A DNA stretch of 64,000 nt, taken from the sequence record PQ327946.1; one strand, written 5' to 3'. Below are positions 27,527 through 36,301 of this stretch, piece by piece; position 1 is the stretch's first letter, and each line of letters opens with the position of its first letter. The position numbers and the translations under genes are program-made. The notes under the pieces were generated by a model. That model ran no database searches, had not been told where the DNA came from, and saw nothing but the letters and a program-made list of their open reading frames with translations. This DNA is from a phage.

Positions 27527-27895
27527 TTAATTAAATTTGTTTAAACGTTCAATACACTGGACGTAGTTATTCGCGATTTGTTTCTGGGTAGGCTCTTTAC
27601 CAGTTGTTTCAACATAGCGAATGAATGCGATTTCAGTAGCCTGTAGACAATGTTCTTTAACGCGTTGTTCTTTTGATAATGCTACAGTATCAGAGTCACG
27701 ATAACGTTGAGCATGGGCATCAGCTTGAATCATTCGATTACCTACAGTAACCGGGTCTTCCACTTCAACTTTAGGTTGGTCATACTGTTTAACATTCGGA
27801 TTGTAAATCAGTTGGCCAACGTTATTAGGGATAAAGCCATGGGCACCACATCCGGTTAATCCAAATACCACTGCTAAAGCGATTAATTTTTTCAT
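27527..27895 (-). CDS. Putative lipoprotein (122 aa)
   Basis: Signal peptide with lipobox LTGC. Confidence 0.5.
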   Translation of the reverse strand: MKKLIALAVVFGLTGCGAHGFIPNNVGQLIYNPNVKQYDQPKVEVEDPVTVGNRMIQADAHAQRYRDSDTVALSKEQRVKEHCLQATEIAFIRYVETTGKEPTQKQIANNYVQCIERLNKFN

Positions 27896-27955
27896 TTCAA
27901 TTTCCTCTGTAGTTGATAAAAAGATAGTAACACAGTATGCGATGCTTGTAAACAG

Positions 27956-28213
27956 TTATTTTAAACTTTTGCGAAATTTGCGTTTTTCTTGACGAATCTG
28001 TCGTTTAGTCGGACGTACAGCAAATTTAACGAAGTCCACTTTGCCGTGTGGAAACTTTTCAGATGCTTCACAGTCCATCATTAGTTCCCATCCTTCCAGA
28101 ATAAGAGCTTTCCATTGTGTAGTTGATGCAAATTCGTATGTTGATGGTTTAAACACAGTTGAATACATATTATCCTCTGAAATCAGCTTCAAAAACTTTC
28201 TCGTCATTAACAA
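27956..28213 (-). CDS. Small protein with basic C-terminal tail (VRPTKRQIR motif)
   Basis: 85 aa; paralogous to 56954-57151 through the shared motif F.VRPTKRQ[IL]R. Confidence 0.5.
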   Translation of the reverse strand: MLMTRKFLKLISEDNMYSTVFKPSTYEFASTTQWKALILEGWELMMDCEASEKFPHGKVDFVKFAVRPTKRQIRQEKRKFRKSLK

Positions 28214-28382
28214 ATGCTTTAACTAATGCTTTGTTCACTTCAGCAAGTTGTACCGTAACCCACTCGATTTCTTCACGGTCACCTGATAACATGATATCTT
28301 TAGTGAACATCTCGCCGCTTTTAAACCAACCGATAAAAGTAACTTTAGTTAATTTGCTCATATTTCCTCGCAAAATGCCCAT
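28170..28382 (-). CDS. Hypothetical protein (70 aa)
   Basis: ORF. Confidence 0.4.
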   Translation of the reverse strand: MGILRGNMSKLTKVTFIGWFKSGEMFTKDIMLSGDREEIEWVTVQLAEVNKALVKAFVNDEKVFEADFRG

Positions 28383-28675
28383 TCAGCGTGATAAACTGTA
28401 GCACCTTTAGTATTATTCATTTGAACTACGTCTACCGGAGAAATTACTCGATAGAGACGTGGTTCACCTCCGTAAGAGCGTGCTGCTCGTCCTGCATAAA
28501 TCTTTGCTAAACCGATATCTTCGGTAAAGAATACACGGTCCAAGTTTTTCTTACGTCCAGTTTCAGACAGAACTCCTGTTTCCTCAGGAGGACAAAGCAT
28601 GTTTTCGATGTTAGCTGAACTACTTGAACCGTGATAAAAAATCTTAAATTCTGCTTTACAATCGATGGTTTTCAT
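28358..28675 (-). CDS. Hypothetical protein (105 aa)
   Basis: ORF. Confidence 0.45.
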   Translation of the reverse strand: MKTIDCKAEFKIFYHGSSSSANIENMLCPPEETGVLSETGRKKNLDRVFFTEDIGLAKIYAGRAARSYGGEPRLYRVISPVDVVQMNNTKGATVYHAEWAFCEEI

Positions 28676-28682
28676 TTTGTTC

Positions 28683-28715
28683 TCCAGTAGTTGATAGGTC
28701 TATAATAACACAACT
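28683..28715 (-). promoter_or_regulatory. Early promoter cassette (agttgataggtctataataacac)
   Basis: Repeat family gataggtctataata. Confidence 0.35.
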
Positions 28716-28730
28716 ACTGGAGAAGTAAAC

Positions 28731-29144
28731 TTAAAAACGTAATTTAGATACATCTGCGTTGATTTCGTTTTGGTTTGCGTCGTATGCAATTAAACGAACA
28801 GCTTTAGATGGGTCATTCAATGCATAGAAATGATGGAACATTGCTCGAACGATATCACCATTTACGAGTTCTACCTGGATAGGAGAACCTTTTTCGAGTT
28901 GGAAATGTTCATAAGCTTTGATGGTTCGCAGATAATCAAGTTTTTGATTTCCGGCTCCAACAATTTGTACGATACGTTTGCCCATGTTTTCCATACGAGA
29001 TACAATAGTTTTAGGAGCAAGAATAACGTAGGTTGCCAGCGGAGAAACTACTTCAACAGTTGTGTTTTCGGTGATTGCAGTAAAAATTGCTTGAGACATA
29101 TTCATAATGTTTTCCTCTTGGTTGGTGTAAGTACATCGTATCAT
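28731..29144 (-). CDS. Hypothetical protein (137 aa)
   Basis: ORF. Confidence 0.5.
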   Translation of the reverse strand: MIRCTYTNQEENIMNMSQAIFTAITENTTVEVVSPLATYVILAPKTIVSRMENMGKRIVQIVGAGNQKLDYLRTIKAYEHFQLEKGSPIQVELVNGDIVRAMFHHFYALNDPSKAVRLIAYDANQNEINADVSKLRF

Positions 29145-29162
29145 GCCTAGAGGAAGATGTAA

Positions 29163-29192
29163 ACCCCGAAAGGAGACCGAAGTCTCCTTTTT
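29163..29192 (-). terminator. Hairpin (GGAGAC-UUCG-GUCUCC) after gene 41
   Basis: + strand ccccgaaaggagaccgaagtctccttttt; palindromic stem with T-runs on both sides. Confidence 0.45.
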
Positions 29193-29193
29193 A

Positions 29194-30636
29194 TTAAAAT
29201 TTTAACTCATTGGCTAAGCTATCTAGGTCAGCACGGGTTGTTTTGGCTTTACCTACGCGTTCCGTACGATTCACCTCTGCCTGACGCATCTGAGCACCTG
29301 CGTTTTCATTTACTGTGTTAGGTGTGTTCATGCCTTCTTGCTCAATCTCAACCCATTTCTGGTTGCCTTTACGTACACCCATCAGGAATTTATTCCACTT
29401 ATTCTTATCACCGTATCGTGATTTGATTTGTTTGATAAGTTGTTGTTCAGCTTGTGCAAGTTCTTCGGTTTCAATTACGGCCAACATGAAATCCGCCGTT
29501 GCTGGTAAACCTGCTGATTCTGCAATATCGCTCATGTTCATATCCGAAGCATCCCATGCTGCGCGTCCTACTTGAGCGGCAGTCCATAGAACTGTTTCAG
29601 ATTCTACTGCTAATGCACGAAGTTCTTCTGCGATAGCTTTAACTAATGTGTAGCTATTTTCAGTGTAAACTCTGATACGACAAGACCCACAAATACCTAA
29701 GTAATCAACCATGATTACAGATGGCACAAAGTTCTTCTTGAGTTTCAATTCATTAAGCAATGCACGGAATGTATTAGCATTAGCTCCACCAGTAGGATAC
29801 TGTTTAACTACTAAACGTCCTAATGTGGATTTTGAACGCCATTTTTCCATCTTGGCTTTATATTCAGCATAAGATACGTTACCATCATCGATATCATCAA
29901 GTGATACGTCAAGCATGTTTGCATCTATACGCTTAGCACAAACTTCTTCAGCCATTTCCATAGAAATATAAAGAACATTATGGCCCGTTTGAAGATAATC
30001 TGCAGCAAGTGAACAAAGGCCTAAAGATTTACCAACGTTAACACCAGCCATTAAAACATTCAGTGTACCGGTTTCAGCACCACCTTTAGTGATTTTATTC
30101 AGAATGTTTAATTTGAACGGGACCTTACGTGCTTTGTTCAGATAAGAAAGCCAGCGTGCTTCATAGTCTTCCATCCAGTCATGTCCAACATAACTATCGA
30201 ACGAAATTGAAAGTGCTTGACGCATAATATCAGGAATAGCTCCTACGTCAGGCATTTTCTTGTTACGTTGTTCTGGAGGTAGTTCAGCATTAGACTGAAT
30301 CTCAATGATTTTGGACGTAGCATTATACATCGCTTTTTGCTGGACATATTTCTCAGTTTCTTTAACTAACCATTCGTGGTCTTCAGGAGTATCAGCCAAT
30401 TTTTCAATTAGGTCTGAAGTTCCTTTATATTCGGCTTCAGTTAAAGAACTGTTATCTAAAGCCACCTTTAATGCATTGATAGATGGCATTGCATTATATT
30501 CGTTAACGTGGCTCTTTATAATTTTAAAGACGTTTTTTGCCGGTCCACGCTCAAAATACTCAGAATCCATATAAGGCCAGACCTTAGAAAAATAAGCCTG
30601 GTCGTATACTAGATGAGACAAAATAATTTCTACCAC
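29194..30636 (-). CDS. 41: Replicative DNA helicase gp41 (DnaB-like)
   Basis: 480 aa; MVEIILSHLVYDQAYFSKVWPYMDSEYF.. and Walker A GVNVGKSLG match T4 gp41. Confidence 0.9.
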   Translation of the reverse strand: MVEIILSHLVYDQAYFSKVWPYMDSEYFERGPAKNVFKIIKSHVNEYNAMPSINALKVALDNSSLTEAEYKGTSDLIEKLADTPEDHEWLVKETEKYVQQKAMYNATSKIIEIQSNAELPPEQRNKKMPDVGAIPDIMRQALSISFDSYVGHDWMEDYEARWLSYLNKARKVPFKLNILNKITKGGAETGTLNVLMAGVNVGKSLGLCSLAADYLQTGHNVLYISMEMAEEVCAKRIDANMLDVSLDDIDDGNVSYAEYKAKMEKWRSKSTLGRLVVKQYPTGGANANTFRALLNELKLKKNFVPSVIMVDYLGICGSCRIRVYTENSYTLVKAIAEELRALAVESETVLWTAAQVGRAAWDASDMNMSDIAESAGLPATADFMLAVIETEELAQAEQQLIKQIKSRYGDKNKWNKFLMGVRKGNQKWVEIEQEGMNTPNTVNENAGAQMRQAEVNRTERVGKAKTTRADLDSLANELKF

Positions 30637-30645
30637 GATAACTCC

Positions 30646-31008
30646 TTAAAAGAATTTAAATTTTTTCTTGGTTCGTTCATTAAAAGCTTGTTGTACTTGC
30701 ATTGTAACACATTTTTCAACGTGTGGTGCAAGTTCTGCTTTTCTGTCCTGGTCAAGAACTGCAAAGTCCATTACGATTTTACCATCAACCCAGTCTAGTT
30801 TTGTAATATAGACTATATGATGGGAACCGTCTTCAAGTGTAATCAGAATCTCTTGAATGACATTTTCCATTGCTGAACGGATAATTTTAAGAGATTCATT
30901 AAACACTCGTTCTTTGCGAATGTCTTCCCCTTCCGAAGAAGGGGATTCATCAACGATTTCTAGATTTAAATCATCGAGATTATTCATCGAAATCTTCCAT
31001 TTCGTCAA
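30646..31008 (-). CDS. 40: gp40-like protein
   Basis: 120 aa ORF between 41 and uvsX as in T4. Confidence 0.6.
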   Translation of the reverse strand: MTKWKISMNNLDDLNLEIVDESPSSEGEDIRKERVFNESLKIIRSAMENVIQEILITLEDGSHHIVYITKLDWVDGKIVMDFAVLDQDRKAELAPHVEKCVTMQVQQAFNERTKKKFKFF

Positions 31009-32152
31009 GGTCGTTTTCTATATCTGCTGCAGACGGAGCATCAGAAGTTTTAACCGGAACTTTAGTTGTTGCTTTGCAATTAATAAGGTCATTAACAGCG
31101 TCATCAACTTCTTTAATAGAAGAGATAGCACCTAATTTATATTTAGTTTCAATTGCATCTCGGAAAGGTTTGTGTTTAAACAAAGGTCCCCAGAATTCTA
31201 CACAATCAGTAGCTTTAGCACGCCATGATTTCTCTTCACGAATCATTTCGCCTGTTTCTTCGTCAAGGAATTCACGAGCATACCACCCGGCTTTAGGCTT
31301 AACTACAAAACCGATTTCAGTTGCCATTTCTAACAAGCCACTGAATGGGTCAATACCACCATCGAAATTAACCGTGATCGGGAAAGTAGATTTTTCTTTA
31401 ACGGTGCGAGATTTTTCTGCTTTCAACGTGAAGTCATAACCGGTCAATTCTGTACCTTCTTTAACCTGACGTTTAGAGATAAAGAATACAGTGTTAGCAG
31501 AGTAAAGAATACCTGTACCACCACCCATAATCTCTTTAGGATATAGTCCGCCGATTTCCATTGCTGTATGGTTGATTGCAACACATGGAATATCTTTAAT
31601 AGTCAGATAAGGAGTCACAATGCGGAACAGAGATTTAAGTGCCTTAGCACGAGACATATCACCTACAACTTTCTCGTTCAACGCATCTTCGGTTTCTTTC
31701 TTAGATGCAGTATTACCGATTGAATCGATAAAGATAATAACTTTATCACCGCGTTCAATCGCGTCAAGCTGATTAGTCATATCAACTTTAAGTTGTTCGA
31801 CAGATTGAATCGGAGTATGAACTACACGGTCTAAATCAACACCCATTGAACGAAAATAAGATTCTGAAGCACCAAATTCTGAATCATAGAACAAACAGAT
31901 TGCATCTTTATATTTCTTCATATATGCTGCAACCATGGTCAGTCCAAACAACGTTTTAAAGTGTTTAGAAGGAGCAGCAAAAATAGTTAAGCCTGATTGC
32001 AACCCGGCATTCAGTGCACCACCTAATGCAATATTCAACATCGGAATACGAGTAGGGACTTCATCACGATTATTAAACAGCTTAGACTTAGTCAAGTCTG
32101 CAGTCATTTTAGAAGTAGAAGCTTTAATCAGACGAGATTTTAAATCAGACAT
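30980..32152 (-). CDS. uvsX: Recombinase UvsX (RecA-like)
   Basis: 390 aa; MSDLKSRLIKASTSK.. and RecA core match T4 UvsX. Confidence 0.9.
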   Translation of the reverse strand: MSDLKSRLIKASTSKMTADLTKSKLFNNRDEVPTRIPMLNIALGGALNAGLQSGLTIFAAPSKHFKTLFGLTMVAAYMKKYKDAICLFYDSEFGASESYFRSMGVDLDRVVHTPIQSVEQLKVDMTNQLDAIERGDKVIIFIDSIGNTASKKETEDALNEKVVGDMSRAKALKSLFRIVTPYLTIKDIPCVAINHTAMEIGGLYPKEIMGGGTGILYSANTVFFISKRQVKEGTELTGYDFTLKAEKSRTVKEKSTFPITVNFDGGIDPFSGLLEMATEIGFVVKPKAGWYAREFLDEETGEMIREEKSWRAKATDCVEFWGPLFKHKPFRDAIETKYKLGAISSIKEVDDAVNDLINCKATTKVPVKTSDAPSAADIENDLDEMEDFDE

Positions 32153-32252
32153 TGTATTTTTCCATAGGCATCATTATATTTTACTCATGTTTAAAAGATA
32201 AGACGATTATATACTAAGGGTTATACAGCATTTAAAAACTTTAAACAGGCTC

Positions 32253-32801
32253 TTAACGAGCCCATTTGATAATTTCTGTAATCAAATTATTACGTTCGCT
32301 TGCATTAAATCCTATAACTTTGTTAGCACCATCATGATTAAGTAATTGATACGTTTGGATTTCGTTATGAATTGCAAACTCTTCAAAATATGAAATGACT
32401 GTATTAAAACCGAATGAAGACAAAGTAATAAGGTCGTCTTCAAAACTTTCAGTCATTTCGTTACGTGTTAAAATAATTGTGAACACATCATGGTTTTGGC
32501 AAAGACGAACATAATCCTGTTCATAAACGTCAAGAACCGAGTCCGCATCTTGTCGAATACGTCCATAAACCCAGTTACTAATATATCCACGGTCTAACAG
32601 ATAAATCTTAGTAGGGTCTAAATAATTCAACATCGTTTCGAAACAGCCAACTTCATTTCGAGACTTAACATCGAAACGTCCATCAACTGTTCGTTTAAGG
32701 AAATCAATCTTTACATATCTTTCACTAATTTCCATTATGTCATTAATGAAAGTTGTTTTACCAGCATTATCCGGGCCATCTACTAAAATAATTTTAGCCA
32801 T
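32253..32801 (-). CDS. P-loop nucleoside/nucleotide kinase-like protein
   Basis: 182 aa; Walker A GPDNAGKTT and LLDRGYISNWVYG (dNK/thymidylate-kinase-like DR motif); occupies the locus where T4 has beta-gt. Confidence 0.45.
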   Translation of the reverse strand: MAKIILVDGPDNAGKTTFINDIMEISERYVKIDFLKRTVDGRFDVKSRNEVGCFETMLNYLDPTKIYLLDRGYISNWVYGRIRQDADSVLDVYEQDYVRLCQNHDVFTIILTRNEMTESFEDDLITLSSFGFNTVISYFEEFAIHNEIQTYQLLNHDGANKVIGFNASERNNLITEIIKWAR

Positions 32802-32802
32802 T

Positions 32803-33702
32803 TTATTCCTCGATTACGACATCTTCATATTTAGGTATATTATACGGTGAAGAAATTAAAGCGTTAAAGTAGATGAACTCACCAAGACCTGGATGGAATA
32901 CTTCTTCAGGATTTTCGAAATATTGAATCTTCGGACGTCCTTTAAGAATTTGATAGTACTCAGTTTTAGTTGGATTAAAAATTCGAATCAGCGCTTCTTC
33001 AGGATACTTATTTCTGTCGAAACTATTATTTGGATCAGTTATATAAAGCGGTTGACCTAATTGAATTGCGCATTCAACCACTTGTTCAAAACGATAGCAC
33101 GGGTCACTAATTCGAAATGGATGAAAAATACCATCTAGATGAATAGGAGCCAAATCACCTACAAGACGCTGCATGATGGAAGGACGTATAACTTTCTGCG
33201 TTACGATAATCTTATTACCATCCGCACCAGCGTTAACCAGCACTTCCTTTTGACGTTCATTCAACACAGTAGTTTGAAGTGAACGATTAACCGACAACAT
33301 GTCGGTTTTTAAGAATTCGTCAATATAAAAACGCGGTTTATTAGGGTCTGCGGTGATATTGAAATTGAATTCTACATCAAAAGCACCATCATATCCAGTG
33401 ATATCTGTTATTAGAAAATCACAATCATAATAAGCAATTAATGAATCAACCACAAATTCATTTTCAGACCAGAAATATTTACGAGTGTTATACGCGTTAT
33501 CTTTATACCATAATGGAACAAACTTAAATTCTGGGAAAAGACGTTCACATTCTTTAATATCAGATGCATTACGTGGATATGTAATCACATCACCTGGATT
33601 AGCACGGTGCAAATGAAGTTGGAAGTTGCCATCCTTAAGGATAGCATACTGTCCAGTTTCATAAGACCGCATACTCAAGATAGGTACGCGGAAAATAGCC
33701 AT
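32803..33702 (-). CDS. Hypothetical protein (299 aa), candidate DNA-modification enzyme
   Basis: No recognisable motif; directly coupled (ATGA overlap) to gene 42 where T4 has beta-glucosyltransferase. Confidence 0.45.
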   Translation of the reverse strand: MAIFRVPILSMRSYETGQYAILKDGNFQLHLHRANPGDVITYPRNASDIKECERLFPEFKFVPLWYKDNAYNTRKYFWSENEFVVDSLIAYYDCDFLITDITGYDGAFDVEFNFNITADPNKPRFYIDEFLKTDMLSVNRSLQTTVLNERQKEVLVNAGADGNKIIVTQKVIRPSIMQRLVGDLAPIHLDGIFHPFRISDPCYRFEQVVECAIQLGQPLYITDPNNSFDRNKYPEEALIRIFNPTKTEYYQILKGRPKIQYFENPEEVFHPGLGEFIYFNALISSPYNIPKYEDVVIEE

Positions 33703-34418
33703 TAGTCAAGGAATCCTTTAACATAATCAAAATCACGTTCAAACACATGGGCACTTACCATGGTATGAGTATAATCACCAACTTCTACACCACATTCGTT
33801 AGCGATATAATGAAGTAATTTTCCTTGGAGATAAAAATCCAACTGCATAACAACAGCACAGTTCTGAGAACGCATATGGCAGTGGGTATAAAGCTTACCA
33901 TCACGAATATAATAAGTCACCGAGTCAGTACATGGATATTCAAGCGTTTCGTCCGAATCAAGCAAAGCCTGATCAGAACTTTCTAGAATTTGGAACACAA
34001 CTCTTCGGGAGTTAGGCTTCTCTTTAAGTTCTTTTAGAAGAGCTGGTAATTGGGCCGCAATGCGAGGACCATAGAAAGTGTTGAAGTTCGCCGGCAAAAC
34101 ATCTGATTTTGGTTTAGAAATAAATTTAGCGACATTAGGATATGCCTTAAACGCTTCTTCTGCGTCAGTACCACCAGAAATCATAAACTTCCAGAAGTCT
34201 TCGGCATATTCATAAGAGATGCGGTTAATACGTGGGTCGGTCATTTTGAATGATGATGGAGTGTCAACAACTACTGTCATAGACCCAATTTCATTACAAC
34301 GTCCAATACGAGAATCAGTTACGAATTCCGGGTTTTCTAAAATTTCACGATTGACTGCTTTAAATGCGGTTTGAAAATCTGCGGCTTTGATATATTTCAT
34401 TGTGTTATGTTTTCCCAT
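33702..34418 (-). CDS. 42: dCMP hydroxymethylase gp42 / thymidylate-synthase-family enzyme
   Basis: 238 aa; TS-family catalytic EYPCTD and SAHVFERDF motifs; position between uvsX and 43 as T4 gene 42. Confidence 0.6.
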   Translation of the reverse strand: MGKHNTMKYIKAADFQTAFKAVNREILENPEFVTDSRIGRCNEIGSMTVVVDTPSSFKMTDPRINRISYEYAEDFWKFMISGGTDAEEAFKAYPNVAKFISKPKSDVLPANFNTFYGPRIAAQLPALLKELKEKPNSRRVVFQILESSDQALLDSDETLEYPCTDSVTYYIRDGKLYTHCHMRSQNCAVVMQLDFYLQGKLLHYIANECGVEVGDYTHTMVSAHVFERDFDYVKGFLD

Positions 34419-34696
34419 GTTTACCTCAATACAATTTATTATATACTCAATTCGTAAAGCTTATTTGAATTTCTTGACAATGTTGATATAACGTAAAGCT
34501 TCAGCATCGATACTTCCAAGAACACTATGAAGAAATGCATCAGCGTAGTATTCCAATTAAACAGGTTCTTTAATCACTTTAGCCGCTTTAGTTTCAAACA
34601 GGCCCATCAGGGCCTTTTTAAGAATTTGTTCGATGCTGTTAATTTTCATAGTCAAAATCTCTTCGTTAAGTTGGTGGTTAAAAGTTTTTCTAGAAA

Positions 34697-35857
34697 TCAT
34701 TCTGGGTACCTCAAAGCGTCGTCAGAGTTAGTTATATCAATAATAGATATAGAATTTTCTGATAACCCATTTTTAGATAACTGACGTTTATAATATCTTT
34801 CACAATATGTACACGTCGTCCCGCAGATTTCATTAGCACAATCGAAATCTGGATGTTTGAACCACCTTTTTTCTAAAAAGCCATCTAACAAAGAGGTTTC
34901 AATATTTACCGTATGTGAAAACTCGGTCTCATTTTCAAGAGTGAAAATGGTCTCTAAAGGCTTCCACAATTCCAACAAATTACCTTCAAATTTTTCGGAA
35001 GCATAAGCTTCAAGAACTTTCAAAATGTAGTCTGTGCTACCTGTACGTCCTGAAACTTTGAATTGAGTGATACCAATATCATTATAAAGTTTCAAATCTT
35101 GAGGACGAACAAAACGAGTTCTCAACCAGTTAAATGGGTCTGTATCACGAGCTTTAATACAGTGCTGCATTGGATACCCATTTAAGGATTTGGCATCATC
35201 TACTGTAACATCGGTGCTATGGAAAATATAGCAAGAGTCACGATAACTACAATGTGTTGTATACCCTTTACCAGCATTAGAACAGAACTCATTTACAAGA
35301 ACTTCAAATATTATATTGTTCTTATTACAAAACTCTGCTGCACGCTTCAGGAAAGAAACTGAACGGTTCTTATGAATTCCGCAGCAGACCTTTTTGATAT
35401 TATATTGGTCATGCAAGTATTTGATTTGAGTTACAGCATCGACATGTAGAATTGTTGAAACTTCAATCTCAATGTCTTTATTGACTTCACGAACAATTTC
35501 CATAACAACAGGGTTAGCGATAGTAATACGCCATACGCCTATTGACCAAAGATACTGAACATAATCCTGAATAGCTTTCTTCTTCCACTCAACTAGTTCT
35601 CTTTTTGAACCAGGATTTATCGTGTTGAGTGTATAGTTAAAGCAAATACCTAATTCGTTACAACGTTTAACGTAGTCTTCTAACATCTTTTTGTCAACGT
35701 CAGGAAGCCTAAAATCAGGTCTGGCTGCTACAAAAGCCATTTCTCTTGTAGAGCCATATACTTCGTTTATCAAGCTATTAGGATAGGTTTTATTGAGCTC
35801 TACGATTTTATCAAGAAGAGCTAAATCAAAATTCGTTCCGATTTTAAAAGTATTCAT
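34697..35857 (-). CDS. U32-peptidase-like Cys-rich protein
   Basis: 386 aa; FNYTLNT and EVLVNEFCSNAGKGYTTHCSY resemble the U32 signature; C-terminal cluster CANEICGTTCTYC; family assignment tentative. Confidence 0.35.
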   Translation of the reverse strand: MNTFKIGTNFDLALLDKIVELNKTYPNSLINEVYGSTREMAFVAARPDFRLPDVDKKMLEDYVKRCNELGICFNYTLNTINPGSKRELVEWKKKAIQDYVQYLWSIGVWRITIANPVVMEIVREVNKDIEIEVSTILHVDAVTQIKYLHDQYNIKKVCCGIHKNRSVSFLKRAAEFCNKNNIIFEVLVNEFCSNAGKGYTTHCSYRDSCYIFHSTDVTVDDAKSLNGYPMQHCIKARDTDPFNWLRTRFVRPQDLKLYNDIGITQFKVSGRTGSTDYILKVLEAYASEKFEGNLLELWKPLETIFTLENETEFSHTVNIETSLLDGFLEKRWFKHPDFDCANEICGTTCTYCERYYKRQLSKNGLSENSISIIDITNSDDALRYPE

Positions 35858-35914
35858 TTTTTTTGCATCCCACGTTAATTGATGCGATGGTTTTTGCAGG
35901 TCTTACTTAAATTA

Positions 35915-36301
35915 TTATAGATTCGGTTTATATGATTTAAATGTTTCGAATTCGCCTTTATTCATAAGAGCTTTGAATTCGTCAGGACGCATAGCTTTGT
36001 CGTCGATAATCCAATCATATACTGGTTTATGTGTTAGCAAATTATGGTACTTCAATCCAATGTTTGCCAAGTTCTGAATCAGACTTGGGAGAATGTCAAT
36101 TGCTATACGACCAGGACCGACTGACTTCATACCGCGAGCAGTGTAAAGCGTTATGGTATGCCCTGCATCATACAGGGCATTAATGGCAGATACCATTTCG
36201 ACGTCTGGTTTGAAGTTCACGTAATCACGATTGTTATTCCACTCTGTTATACAATCATCGACATCAAAACAAAGATTAAGCATGTTTTCTACACGGTGCA
36301 T
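35915..36301 (-). CDS. HAD-superfamily phosphatase (KdsC-like)
   Basis: Motif I LCFDVDDCIT near the N-terminus; start set at the ATG overlapping the upstream stop (TAATG). Confidence 0.5.
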   Translation of the reverse strand: MHRVENMLNLCFDVDDCITEWNNNRDYVNFKPDVEMVSAINALYDAGHTITLYTARGMKSVGPGRIAIDILPSLIQNLANIGLKYHNLLTHKPVYDWIIDDKAMRPDEFKALMNKGEFETFKSYKPNL

